Positions 1-11,354 of a stretch of 64,000 nt of DNA are shown here, piece by piece. Position numbers and translations under genes: made by a program. Location of the stretch: NCBI RefSeq assembly GCF_030159095.1, contig NZ_BRXS01000004.1:179673-243672 (forward strand), in the 5' to 3' direction. How positions within the stretch are numbered: position 1 is the stretch's first letter; the number at the start of each line of letters is the position of its first letter. The stretch comes from Roseisolibacter agri (GTDB lineage Bacteria; Gemmatimonadota; Gemmatimonadetes; Gemmatimonadales; Gemmatimonadaceae). The notes beneath the pieces are model-generated. The model had not been told where the DNA came from and ran no database searches. It saw only the letters and a list, made by a program, of their open reading frames with translations.

Positions 1-2583
1 CGCCTCCACCGTGGTCGGCGGGAGCGACGCGGCGACCGGCTCCGCGACGGGCGCGGGCGGTGTCGGTGCCGGCTCTCGCGGCGCGACCGGCGCCGGCGGC
101 GCGACGGGCATCGACTCGCGCGGCGTCAGGCGCGGCATCACCTGGAACTGCGTGACGTCGAGCTTGTGCGTCGGGCGCGGCGGCGGCTCGTCGGGCACGA
201 CGGGCGCCGGCGCGGGCGACGCGGCGACCGGCTCCTCCACGGCCGGCGTCTCGAGGACGGGCGCGGGCGCGACCGGCTCCGGCTCCGGCGTCAGCGCCGC
301 GACCTCCACCGGCACCGTCGGCGGCTCGGGCGTGCGGACGGGCGGGGCGGCGGGTGGCGCGGGCGGTGGCGGCGGGGGCGGGAACAGCTCCGTCACCGAC
401 GAGACCATCACGCCCACCTCGGCCGTCGCCTGCTGGCCCTCGCACTCCACCGTGACGACGCCGACGCCGAGCCCGCGCGCCTCGACCTCGCCGTCGGGCG
501 TCACGGTGAGGACCTTCGGGTCGAGCGTCGTCCAGCGCAGCGGGCGGTCGAGCGTCGCACCGCGCCGGTCGCGCACGATCGCCGACAGGCGCGCGCGCTC
601 GCCGACGTGCAGCGCGCCGATCGGCGACGAGAGCGTGAGCGACGCGACCGCGGCCGGGCGCACCTGCAGCGCGACGGTCGCGTCATGGCCCGAGGACTCC
701 GCGCGGATGGTCGCGCTGCCGGCGGCGAGCGCGCTCACCACGCCCTCACGGTTCACGGTCGCGACGTCGGGCGCGCTGGACCGCCAGCCAACCATCGCGT
801 CGTGCAGCACGCGTCCGCGCCCGTCGAGCGCGCGCGCCGTGAGGTGCGAGCGCTCGCCCACCTCCAGCGACGCGTCCGGCGCGGTCACCTCGACCGACGC
901 AACGGCGGCCGGTGCGACGCGCAGCGGCACCTCGTGCGTCAGCGCATCCACCGTGACGCGCAGCGTCGTCGTGCCCGGGTTGACCGCGTCCACGGCGCCG
1001 TCCGCGACGACGGCGACGTCGGCATCGTCCACGCTCAGCGTCACGGGCACGTCCATCGCCGCGCCGCGCCGGTCGCGCACGGTCACCACCGGGCGCCACG
1101 ACTCGCACGCGCGCAGCCGTGCCGGCGGTGCGTCGATCTCGATGCGGTCGGGGCGCGGCGCCTCGACGTCGAGCGCCGTCTCGCCCGTCGCGTCGCCGGC
1201 CGTCGCGCGCACCATCGCGCGCCCCGGCGCGAGCAGCGTCACGCTGCCCGTCTCCGCATCCACGCGCAGCACACCGGTGTCGTCCGTCGCCCACTGCACC
1301 GCGACGTCGGGCATCGGCTGCTCGTCGCTTCCGATCACGATCGCGGACGCCTGCAGCGCGTCGCCCGCCTCCCAGCGGCCATCGGGCAGCGTCACCTGCA
1401 CGCTGGCCGGGACCGGAGCCGGCGGCTTGGGCGGCACCGCGCCCGCCATCACCGCGAGCGTCGCACGCAGCGGATCGTCCTCGCCCAGCGGGCCGCCGCC
1501 GAGCGCGGCGACCGCCTGCGCGATGCTCGGGAAGCGGTCGACGGGGTCCTTCGCGAGCATGCGCATCACCGCCGCCGCGACTTCCGGCGGACAGTCCGGC
1601 GCGAGCTCCTCGAGCGGCGTCGGCGTCTGGCTGATCTGCGCCTGCAGCACGACGAGGCTCGGCCCCGTGAACGGCAGCTGGCCCGCGAGCAGCTCGTACG
1701 CCACGAGGCCGAGCGCGTACTGGTCCGCCGACGCCGTCACCTTGACGCCGAGGCACTGCTCGGGGCTCATGTACGACGGCGTGCCGATGAGCACACCCGT
1801 CTGCGTGTGCCCCGTCGCCTCCGCGACCTTGGCGATGCCGAAGTCGGTGACGATCGCGTCGCCGTTCGTGTCGATGAGGATGTTCGCCGGCTTGATGTCG
1901 CGGTGGATCACGCCGCGGCGGTGCGCGTACGACAGCGCGCTCCCCACCTGGAAGAGCGCCGACTGCACCGCGGCGAGCGGCAGGCGGCGCACCTCGTGGA
2001 GGATGCGGTCGAGCGCGCGCCCCTCGACGTACTGCATCACGAAGCAGTGCAGGTCGTCGACGTCGCGCACCGAGTGGATGGTGACGATGTTCGCGTGCGA
2101 CAGGTTCGCGACCGTCACCGCCTCCTGCTGGAAGCGCTCCACCATGCCGTGGCCGCTCAGCAGCGACGGCGACATCACCTTGAGCGCGACCCAGCGGTCG
2201 AGGCGCAGCTCGCGCGCGAGGTACACCGCCGCCATGCCGCCGCGTCCGATCTCGCGCTCGATCGTGAACTCGCCGCGCAGCGCGGCCTGGAGGTGCGCCG
2301 CGACGTGGCGCCAGCTCGTGTGCCGTGCGGAATCGGCCGCCGTGTCGGGCGTCGGAGATCGGTCGCTGGTCGCGGGCGTGCTGCCGGCGCCGTAGGCCGG
2401 CGTGGACGGGCCGGAGCGCACCGCGACGGGCACGCCGCAGCGCGGGCAGAAGCGCGCTTCCGGGGTGACGGGCGCGCCGCACGACGCGCACTCCGTGACC
2501 ACGGGTGTGCCGCATTCGCTGCAGAACCGCTGGCCGGGCTGGATGGCCGTCCCGCAGCGGGTGCATCCCAGTGCCGTTCTCAT
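1..2583 (-). CDS. Hanks-type Ser/Thr protein kinase with N-terminal double zinc ribbon, C-terminal Big_2 (bacterial Ig-like) repeats and Pro-rich tail; partial, C-terminus beyond window start
   Basis: Manual translation of the minus strand in the frame missing from the ORF track. Start ATG at 2583-2581, then MRTALGCTRCGTAIQPGQRFCSECG...CASCG...FCPRCG (zinc ribbons). Kinase motifs GRGGMAAVYLA, VALKV, HRDIKPANILI, DFGIAK, GTPSYMSPEQ. Downstream repeats of the form V..V.P....L.VG....L.A...D..G shared by Big_2 domains. No stop before position 1. Confidence 0.85.
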   Translation of the reverse strand, partial: MRTALGCTRCGTAIQPGQRFCSECGTPVVTECASCGAPVTPEARFCPRCGVPVAVRSGPSTPAYGAGSTPATSDRSPTPDTAADSARHTSWRHVAAHLQAALRGEFTIEREIGRGGMAAVYLARELRLDRWVALKVMSPSLLSGHGMVERFQQEAVTVANLSHANIVTIHSVRDVDDLHCFVMQYVEGRALDRILHEVRRLPLAAVQSALFQVGSALSYAHRRGVIHRDIKPANILIDTNGDAIVTDFGIAKVAEATGHTQTGVLIGTPSYMSPEQCLGVKVTASADQYALGLVAYELLAGQLPFTGPSLVVLQAQISQTPTPLEELAPDCPPEVAAAVMRMLAKDPVDRFPSIAQAVAALGGGPLGEDDPLRATLAVMAGAVPPKPPAPVPASVQVTLPDGRWEAGDALQASAIVIGSDEQPMPDVAVQWATDDTGVLRVDAETGSVTLLAPGRAMVRATAGDATGETALDVEAPRPDRIEIDAPPARLRACESWRPVVTVRDRRGAAMDVPVTLSVDDADVAVVADGAVDAVNPGTTTLRVTVDALTHEVPLRVAPAAVASVEVTAPDASLEVGERSHLTARALDGRGRVLHDAMVGWRSSAPDVATVNREGVVSALAAGSATIRAESSGHDATVALQVRPAAVASLTLSSPIGALHVGERARLSAIVRDRRGATLDRPLRWTTLDPKVLTVTPDGEVEARGLGVGVVTVECEGQQATAEVGVMVSSVTELFPPPPPPPAPPAAPPVRTPEPPTVPVEVAALTPEPEPVAPAPVLETPAVEEPVAASPAPAPVVPDEPPPRPTHKLDVTQFQVMPRLTPRESMPVAPPAPVAPREPAPTPPAPVAEPVAASLPPTTVEA

Positions 2584-2914
2584 GCGCGCGCACTCTCCCG
2601 CCGACCAGTGCGGCCTCGCGACGCGGCTTCGAGGCGATGTGCCGGCGCGTGAAAGGCCCGGGCGCCCGCCCGGTCCCCTCGTCGCGCCGGTCGGACCGTC
2701 GCGGACGGCCCTCGCAGATGCTTGCATCCGCACCACGGTTCGGCAAGAGCCGGGTTGCGGCCCACCCGCGGCGGGCCGCGCGGATTACGGTGTCGTCAGC
2801 CTCGGCGCGTTCGGGTCGCGGCGCGCTCGCGCCTGTCTTGCCGCCCGGGTCGGAGGCACGTACCGTGGCGCGGTCGACCATCCGGCCACCATCCAGATAC
2901 GAGGAGCGTGTCGC

Positions 2915-3433
2915 ATGCGCGTCATCCGCCCACTGCTCGCATGTGCGGCACTCGTACTGTCCACCGCGCGTCCGGCCCGGGCGCAGACCCTCACCCTGGT
3001 GCTCGAGCAGCCGCTCGTGACGGGCGTGGTCGCGCCCTCCGCGGTGTCGTTCGTCGGCACGCTGACCAATACGGGCACGACGACGCTGTTCCTCAACGGC
3101 ACGACCGTCACGTCGTCGCTCTCCGTGGACGTCACGCCGTTCCTCGCCAACGCGCCGACGAGCATCGCGCCGGGCGCGATCTTCACGACCGAGCTGTTCC
3201 GGGCGCTGGTTCCCGGCGGCACCGCGTCCGGCAGCTACGGTGGGACGTTCTACGTGCTCGGCGGCCCCAGCAACACGGCGTCGAGCGTCCTCGCCAGCGC
3301 GTCGTTCGACGTCGGTGTCGGCGCGGCGACCAGTACCGTCCCCGAGCCGGGCACCACGGCGCTGGTGGCGAGCGGCGTGGCCGCGCTCGCGCTGGCACGC
3401 GCGCGACGCCGCGCGAGACGCCGCGGCGCCTGA
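2915..3433 (+). CDS. small secreted PEP-CTERM protein
   Basis: ATG at 2915 preceded by GAGGAG. Signal peptide MRVIRPLLACAALVLSTARPARAQ. C-terminus VPEPGTTALVASGVAALALARARRRARRRGA (PEP motif, TM helix, Arg cluster). The table ORF 2402..3433 is an upstream-extended version. Confidence 0.8.
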   Translation: MRVIRPLLACAALVLSTARPARAQTLTLVLEQPLVTGVVAPSAVSFVGTLTNTGTTTLFLNGTTVTSSLSVDVTPFLANAPTSIAPGAIFTTELFRALVPGGTASGSYGGTFYVLGGPSNTASSVLASASFDVGVGAATSTVPEPGTTALVASGVAALALARARRRARRRGA

Positions 3434-3451
3434 CCGCGCAGGCACGACGAC

Positions 3452-3480
3452 GAAGGGCCGGGGAGATTCCCCGGCCCTTC
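3452..3480. terminator. GC-rich perfect hairpin between convergent genes (bidirectional terminator candidate)
   Basis: gaagggccgggga-gat-tccccggcccttc. Confidence 0.5.
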
Positions 3481-3503
3481 ACGTTCTCGATGCCCGTGGC
3501 CGC

Positions 3504-3989
3504 TCAGGGCAGCTTCGCGTTCGGATAGCGGCCCTTCACGTTCGCGAGCGGGCCGAAGCTCGCCCGCTCGACGACCTTCGTGGTCGGCGAGTATGCGACG
3601 ACGAAGGCGCCCGGCTCCGGCGCCTGCGCGAAGCGCATCGCCACGATGTAGACCTTCAGGTCGCCCTCGGCGAACTGCACCTCGGCGTCGGTGCCCTGCA
3701 TCTCGCCGAAGCGCGTCAGGATCCGCCCCGACATCTGATTCACCCCGTCGGCCGACTGCATGCTCTCGCGCAGCCGCGGGCCGGCATGGGCGAAGGCGCT
3801 GTCGCCCCGGGTCGTGAAGATCCAGTCGACGAACTGCCGCGGGAAGGCGAGCGAGTCCGGCGCGGCGTCCTTCGAGACGGCGATCTTCGAGGCGGCGGCG
3901 GGCGCGGCCTGCGCCCGGAGCGCGGCGGGGGCGAGGGGCAGCGCGGCGAGCACGCCGGCGGCGAGGGCGAGGCGGAGGGTTCCGGCCAT
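3504..3989 (-). CDS. hypothetical secreted/periplasmic protein
   Basis: Table ORF 3504..4028; likely start at MAGTLRLALAAGVLAALPLAPAALRAQA (signal peptide). No family recognised. Confidence 0.55.
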   Translation of the reverse strand: MAGTLRLALAAGVLAALPLAPAALRAQAAPAAASKIAVSKDAAPDSLAFPRQFVDWIFTTRGDSAFAHAGPRLRESMQSADGVNQMSGRILTRFGEMQGTDAEVQFAEGDLKVYIVAMRFAQAPEPGAFVVAYSPTTKVVERASFGPLANVKGRYPNAKLP

Positions 3990-4094
3990 GGGGCGGGGCG
4001 GTGGGGAGGGTGCGACGGTGCGCGTCACCGTGGCGCGCGGAGCCCCTACGGCGGCTGTTGTTCATCCGTTTCGTGTCGGGCGACCGGACGCGAC

Positions 4095-4127
4095 GAGGGG
4101 GCGGACCGCATGGCGGTCCGCCCCCTC
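4095..4127. terminator. perfect 15-bp-stem hairpin downstream of gyrB
   Basis: gagggggcggaccgc-atg-gcggtccgccccctc immediately 3' of the gyrB stop. Confidence 0.5.
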
Positions 4128-4149
4128 GCTCACCCCGCCTGGTGCGTCC

Positions 4150-6318
<2,169 letters not shown>

Positions 6319-6639
6319 TCAGTCGCGCTTGAGCGTCAGCCGGATCCGCTGCACGGGCGGCCGCTCCGGGTGCGTGTTCAGCGCCCGCAGGAGCTCCGGC
6401 TCCAGCAGCGACAGCTCGGTCATCCAGGCGTGGCTCTGCACCGCCACCCACAGCGTCCCGTCCACGCTCACCGACAGCGGCTCGGTCACCGCGGCGATCT
6501 GCGCCCCCACCAGCGTCGGCCACTCGGGGACCACGGACGCCTGCGCCACGCGCTGCTCGATCCCCGCATCGGCGAGCACGCCGGCCAGGAGGTCGCCGAG
6601 GAGGGAGGGGCGGGGATTGCGGGAGTTCGGCTGCGACAT
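6319..6639 (-). CDS. DUF721 family protein (DciA-like) between recF and gyrB
   Basis: 106 aa in the position between recF and gyrB where DUF721 genes are commonly found. Pattern ...VVPEWPTLVGAQIAAVTEPLSVSVDGTLWVAVQSHAWMTELSLLEPELLRALN... fits DUF721. Confidence 0.65.
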   Translation of the reverse strand: MSQPNSRNPRPSLLGDLLAGVLADAGIEQRVAQASVVPEWPTLVGAQIAAVTEPLSVSVDGTLWVAVQSHAWMTELSLLEPELLRALNTHPERPPVQRIRLTLKRD

Positions 6640-6698
6640 TACGGCGACTTCGGGACTGCGGGGCGGGAAGGGTCCGGGAAGATACGGCCGCGGCCGGC

Positions 6699-7925
6699 TC
6701 AGAGCGACAGGACGCCGTCCTGGATCCCGGCCCGCGGCAGCCGGGTCAGCTCGGGCGGGACGTCGCTCGCCCGCGGCACCACCAGCAGCACCTGTCCCAG
6801 CCCGGCGTCCCCCAGCAGGGCGAGGATCCGGTGGGCGCGGCGGGCGTCCAGCTCCGCGAACGGGTCGTCCAGCAGGAAGAGCGGCGCGCTGCCCACGTGG
6901 TCGCGCAGCGTCGCCGCCTCCAGCATCCGGAGCGCGATGGCCGCCGTCCGCTGCTGCCCGGCCGACCCGAACAGCCGCAGGTCGCGGCCGCCCATCGCCA
7001 GCTCCAGGTCGTCGCGGTGCGGGCCGGCGTGCGTGAGCCCGCGCTTGAGGTCGAGCGGGCGCTTGTCGGCCAGCGCGCGCTTCAGCGCCTCGCGCGCGCC
7101 GTCCACCGAGTCGTCGTCACCCGCGACGTGCGGCACGTCGAGCGCGGTCGCGTAGCGCAGCCGCATCGGCGACCGCTCGCCGATCGCCGCGCACAGCTGC
7201 GCGAACGCCTCCGCGTGCTGCCGCACCCAGCGCCGCCGCTCGGTCCAGAGCACGGCGCCGTGCTCCGCGAGCTGCGGCTCCCACACCGACGCCCGCCCCT
7301 CGCCGCGGCCGCTGCGCATCGCGTCGCGCAGCGCGGCGTTGCGGCGCACGAGCGCGCCGCGGTAGGCCTGCAGCGCCGACAGGTAGCGGCGCGACGTCAG
7401 CGCGAGCGCGACGTCCAGGTAGCGCCGCCGCTCGCTCGGGCTGCCCGCCACCAGCACGACGTCGCCCGGCGAGAAGATCACGCTCGGGACCGCGCCCAGC
7501 GCGTCGCTCAGGCGCGGCACCTCGGCGCCGTCGATGCGCACGCGCTTGCGCTTGGTCGCGCGCTCGAAGCCGACGCCGACCTCGCGGTCGATCACGCGGT
7601 CGGCGCGCGCGGTGCCCGCCTCGCCCGCGGGCACCGCGACCTCCGCCGACACGTGGAAGCCGACCGCGCCGAAGCGCACGAGGTCCGCGTCGCGCGCGCC
7701 GCGCACGGAGCGCAGCAGCTCCAGGTAGTAGACCGACTCCAGCAGGTTCGTCTTGCCGTGGCCGTTCTCGCCGACGATGGTCAGCCCGTCCGGCGGCACC
7801 GCGAGGTCGACGCGCTCGAGGTTGCGGAAGTCGCGCACCACCAGCCGCCGCAGCTCCACGCGCGGCACGCGCACGGGCGCGGTGGGCGACGGCGCGTCCT
7901 CCACGCGCGGTGCGGCGTCGCCCAC
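6699..7925 (-). CDS. recF: DNA replication and repair protein RecF
   Basis: VRDFRNLERVDL...IVGENGHGKTNLLESVYYL (Walker A), SMC-like C-terminus. True start may be an internal GTG slightly downstream of 7925. Confidence 0.9.
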   Translation of the reverse strand: MGDAAPRVEDAPSPTAPVRVPRVELRRLVVRDFRNLERVDLAVPPDGLTIVGENGHGKTNLLESVYYLELLRSVRGARDADLVRFGAVGFHVSAEVAVPAGEAGTARADRVIDREVGVGFERATKRKRVRIDGAEVPRLSDALGAVPSVIFSPGDVVLVAGSPSERRRYLDVALALTSRRYLSALQAYRGALVRRNAALRDAMRSGRGEGRASVWEPQLAEHGAVLWTERRRWVRQHAEAFAQLCAAIGERSPMRLRYATALDVPHVAGDDDSVDGAREALKRALADKRPLDLKRGLTHAGPHRDDLELAMGGRDLRLFGSAGQQRTAAIALRMLEAATLRDHVGSAPLFLLDDPFAELDARRAHRILALLGDAGLGQVLLVVPRASDVPPELTRLPRAGIQDGVLSL

Positions 7926-7933
7926 GACGGCGG

Positions 7934-8713
7934 TCAGCGCCCGCGGAACTGCGGCGCGCGCTTGGCCAGGAACGCCGACGTCCCCTCGGCGCGGTCCTCG
8001 GTCGCCGCCGCGAGCCCGAACGCGTTGGCCTCGAACTGCTGCGCCTCGTCGAACGCGAGGTCGTAGCCCGCGTTCACCGCCTCGATGCAGAGCGCGAGCG
8101 CGAGCGGCGCGTTCGCCGTCATCGCCGTCGCCATCGCGCGCGCGCGGTCCAGCAGCTCGGCCGCGGGCACGATGGCGTTCGCGAGCCCGATGCGGTGCGC
8201 CTCGGTGGCGTCGATCATCTCGCCGGTCAGCAGCAGCTGCAGCGCGCGCCCGCGGCCCACCAGGCGCGCCAGCCGCTGCGTGCCGCCGTAGCCGGGGATC
8301 AGGCCGAGCTTCACCTCGGGCTGCCCGAACTTCGCGTGCTCCGACGCGAGGCGGACGTGGCAGGCCATCGCCAGCTCGCAGCCGCCGCCGAGCGCGAAGC
8401 CGTTGACCGCGGCGATGGTGGGCTTGGGCGACGTCTCGAACTTCCGGAACACCTCCTGGCCGAGGCGCGCGCGCCGCTTGGCGTCGAGCGGGTCGGCCTG
8501 GCCGATCTCGGAGATGTCGGCGCCCGCGATGAACGCGCGCCCCGCGCCCGTGAGGATGACCGCGCCCACGTCCTCGCGCTCGCGCAGCTCGTCGATCGCC
8601 TGGCCCAGCTCGCGGATCACGAGGTCGGCGAGCGCGTTGAGCTTGTCCGGCCGGTTGACCGTGAGCACGGCGATGCGGTCGGCGACGTCGAGGGTCAGCG
8701 TCTGGAAGGCCAT
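7934..8713 (-). CDS. enoyl-CoA hydratase/isomerase (crotonase family)
   Basis: C-terminal 259 aa of table ORF 7934..10996: MAFQTLTLDVADRIAVLTVNRPDKLNAL...AGADISE...GGGCELAMACH...; the upstream part of that ORF is off-frame junk. Only 8 bp from the recF start, so probably co-transcribed. Confidence 0.85.
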   Translation of the reverse strand: MAFQTLTLDVADRIAVLTVNRPDKLNALADLVIRELGQAIDELREREDVGAVILTGAGRAFIAGADISEIGQADPLDAKRRARLGQEVFRKFETSPKPTIAAVNGFALGGGCELAMACHVRLASEHAKFGQPEVKLGLIPGYGGTQRLARLVGRGRALQLLLTGEMIDATEAHRIGLANAIVPAAELLDRARAMATAMTANAPLALALCIEAVNAGYDLAFDEAQQFEANAFGLAAATEDRAEGTSAFLAKRAPQFRGR

Positions 8714-8818
8714 GGCGGGGAGTGCGGTCGAGGGGCGCGGGGCGTCCGGCCGGACGCCGATTCTCGGGGGCGGAAAGCTACGCAGGCGGACCGCAATTTG
8801 CTTCGGTCCGCCTAAGTC

Positions 8819-9898
8819 ATGGCGCACCAATGGATTCTGCGCAGAGGCACGAAGCGGAGCGGCTTCCGCTACGTGGCGCCGGGCGGGAAGCCGGCGTCGG
8901 CGGCCGCGCGCGCGCGCGCCGAGGCGCTGGCCATCCCGCCCGCGTGGACCGACGTGCACGTGGCAACGTCGCCATCGGCCGCGGTGCAGGCGTGGGGCTA
9001 CGACGCGAAGGGGCGCAAGCAGTACCGCTACCACGAGCGGGCGGCCGAGCGTGGCCAGCTGCGGAAGTACTACCGCGTGCGGCAGATGGCGCGCGACCTC
9101 CCGGCGATCCGCGATGCGCTGTCGCGCGACGTCGGAAGCGCCCGCCGCCGGAGCGCCACCGCGCTCACCAAGCAGCGCGTCGCGGCGGGCGTCGTGCGGC
9201 TCATCGGCGAGGCGTTCTTCCGCGTCGGCAACGAGCGCTACGCGCAGGAGAACCGCACCTTCGGCATCGCCACGCTGCGCAAGCGGCACGTGAAGCGGCT
9301 CGCCGACCGCGTGGTGTTCGACTACGTCGGCAAGGAGTCGATCCGCCAGCGCCAGACGGTGTGCGACCCGACGCTGGTGGCGCTCGTCGACGCGTTGCTC
9401 GAGACGCCGGGGCCGCGCCTCTTCCGCTATCGGGACGAGTCGGGTGCGTGGGTGGATCTGAGCGCGCGCGACGTGAACGAGTACCTGCACGACGTGCTCG
9501 CGGTGCCGTACACGGCGAAGGACTTCCGCACCTGGGGCGGCACGCTGCGGCTGGCGACGATCCTGGCCGACATCGGGCCCGCCGGCACGGAGCGCGAGGC
9601 GAAGCGGAACGTGAACCTCGCGCTGCGGCTGGTGGCCGCGGAGCTGGGCAACACGCCGACCGTCTGCCGGCAGTCGTACGTGCATCCGATGGTGGTCGCA
9701 CGCTACCTGGACGAGGGCGTGACGATCGCGCCCTTCCTGCCGCGGCGCACCGCGAGTCGCGCCGGCGCGCAGTCGCCCGAGGAGCGCGCGCTCATCGGCT
9801 TCCTCGATCGCTACTTCCCGGAGCGGCGCACGACGAAGCGCGAGCGACGGCGCGCGCGGCGTGAGGAGGCGAGCGACCGGCGCGAGCTCGCGGTGTGA
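8819..9898 (+). CDS. DNA topoisomerase IB (poxvirus/bacterial type)
   Basis: 359 aa; ...AKDFRTWGGT..., ...TPTVCRQSYVHP... (active-site Tyr context), Arg/Lys-rich C-terminus. Matches bacterial TopIB architecture. Confidence 0.75.
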   Translation: MAHQWILRRGTKRSGFRYVAPGGKPASAAARARAEALAIPPAWTDVHVATSPSAAVQAWGYDAKGRKQYRYHERAAERGQLRKYYRVRQMARDLPAIRDALSRDVGSARRRSATALTKQRVAAGVVRLIGEAFFRVGNERYAQENRTFGIATLRKRHVKRLADRVVFDYVGKESIRQRQTVCDPTLVALVDALLETPGPRLFRYRDESGAWVDLSARDVNEYLHDVLAVPYTAKDFRTWGGTLRLATILADIGPAGTEREAKRNVNLALRLVAAELGNTPTVCRQSYVHPMVVARYLDEGVTIAPFLPRRTASRAGAQSPEERALIGFLDRYFPERRTTKRERRRARREEASDRRELAV

Positions 9899-9904
9899 CG
9901 GCGG

Positions 9905-10182
9905 CCTGCGGACTGCGGACTGCGAATCGTCTCCCGGGGCCCGTCGGCGCGGCGGACCCCGTTGCCCATTGGAGGGACGCGGATGCTCCGGATGCGGCGG
10001 ATGCTGCGGATCGTTCCGTGTGGCGGCGACGTCCCATGTGCTACAGGGAGCGATCCGCATGATCCGTTTCATCCGGAGCATCCGTATCCTCTCCAACAGT
10101 CGAAGGGCCCGGGCGCGACGTCGGCCGCCTAGGTCGTGGAGAATAACCCGCAGTCCGCAGTCCGCAGTCCGCAGTCCGCAGC
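9905..10182. repeat. MITE-like intergenic element: tandem-heptamer terminal inverted repeats flanking a long imperfect internal hairpin
   Basis: Left end ctgcgga-ctgcgga-ctgcg (9905-9923) is the reverse complement of the right end (cgcagtc)x4+cgcag (10148-10182). Inside, arm 9977-10012 (cgcggatgctccggatgcggcggatgctgcggatcg) pairs with 10050-10083 (cgatccgcatgatccgtttcatccggagcatccg) with about 3 mismatches. The element occupies the whole TopIB-mtnA spacer. Confidence 0.6.
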
Positions 10183-10225
10183 GCCCGCCTCGCCGAACGC
10201 CCGCCCCGCGCGCTAGACTAGCCCG

Positions 10226-11354
10226 CGTGTCCACCGTCCAATCCATCGGCTGGTCGCCCGCGTGCGACGCCCTCCGCATCCTCGACCAGCGCGAGCTGCC
10301 GCACGCGTGCGTCGAGCGCGACCTGCGCACCGTCGACGAGGTGTGCGACGCGATCCGCACGCTCGCCGTGCGCGGTGCGCCCGCCATCGGTGCCGCGGGC
10401 GCGATGGGGCTGGCCGCGGCGATGACGCCGCGCGCGGACGAGGCGCGCGACGCGTGGACCGCGCGCCTGCGCGATTCGGCGGCGCGCATCCGCGCCGCGC
10501 GGCCCACGGCGGTCAATCTGCCCTGGGCCGTCGACCGCGTGCTGGCGGCCGTCGCGGCGGCGGACACCGACGGCGCAGCCAGTGCGGCGACGCTCGCGGC
10601 CGCGCTGCGCGACGCGGCCGACGCGATCCTCGTCGAGGACCGCGCGATGTGTCGCGCCATCGGCGAGCATGGCGTCGCGCTCCTCCGCGACGGCGCGCGC
10701 GTGCTGACGCACTGCAACGCCGGCGCGCTCGCGACGTGCGGCATCGGCACCGCGCTCGCGCCGGTGTACGTCGCGCACGAGCGCGGGCAGCGCGTCGCCG
10801 TCTGGGCCGACGAGACGCGGCCGCTCCTCCAGGGCAGCCGGCTGACCGCGTGGGAGCTGGCGCAGGCCGGCGTGCCCGTGACCGTGATCGCCGACGGGAT
10901 GGCCGCGGCGCTGCTGCGTACCGGCACCATCGACGCGGTGCTCGTGGGCGCGGACCGCATCGCCGCCAACGGCGACGCCGCGAACAAGATCGGCACCTAT
11001 GCGCTGGCGCTCGCGGCGCGCGCGCACGGCGTGCCGTTCTACGTGCTCGCGCCCTCGTCGACCGTCGACGTCGCGACGCCCGACGGCGCGCGCATCCCGA
11101 TCGAGGAGCGCGATCCGGACGAGGTGCGCGCGCCGATGGGCCGCGCCGCCGCGCCAGCGGGCGTCGCCGTCTGGAACCCCGCGTTCGACGTCACGCCGGC
11201 GCACCTCATAACGGGCATCGTCACCGAGTCCGGCGTCGTCCACCCGCCCTACGACTTCTCGACGCTCGGCGCTCCGCGCTCGGCGCTCACTCCGTCGGGC
11301 GAACGGGCCGAGCGCCGAGCACCGAGCGCCGAGCGACACGGAGCACAGTCGTGA
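10226..11354 (+). CDS. mtnA: S-methyl-5-thioribose-1-phosphate isomerase (eIF-2B alpha/beta/delta family)
   Basis: GTG at 10226: VSTVQSIGWSPACDALRILDQRELPH... Rossmann-like eIF2B core ...TGADRIAANGDAANKIGTY... The table ORF 9861..11354 adds a repeat-derived 5' extension. Confidence 0.75.

Noticed and set aside
11-3445. Large ORFs 11..2395(+), 166..2652(+), 746..3445(-)
   Set aside because: All overlap the manually recovered kinase gene in other frames and translate to Arg/Gly/Ala-rich junk. The kinase frame contains every Hanks motif.
9861-10225. 5' extension of mtnA ORF encoding ...IRMIRFIRSIRIL...
   Set aside because: The peptide is dictated by the GGATGC/CATCCG hairpin repeats. MtnA homology begins at the GTG at 10226.
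7934-10996. 1020-aa ORF (minus strand)
   Set aside because: Only the 3' 259 codons (enoyl-CoA hydratase) look like protein. The remainder runs antisense through TopIB and the MITE-like element.
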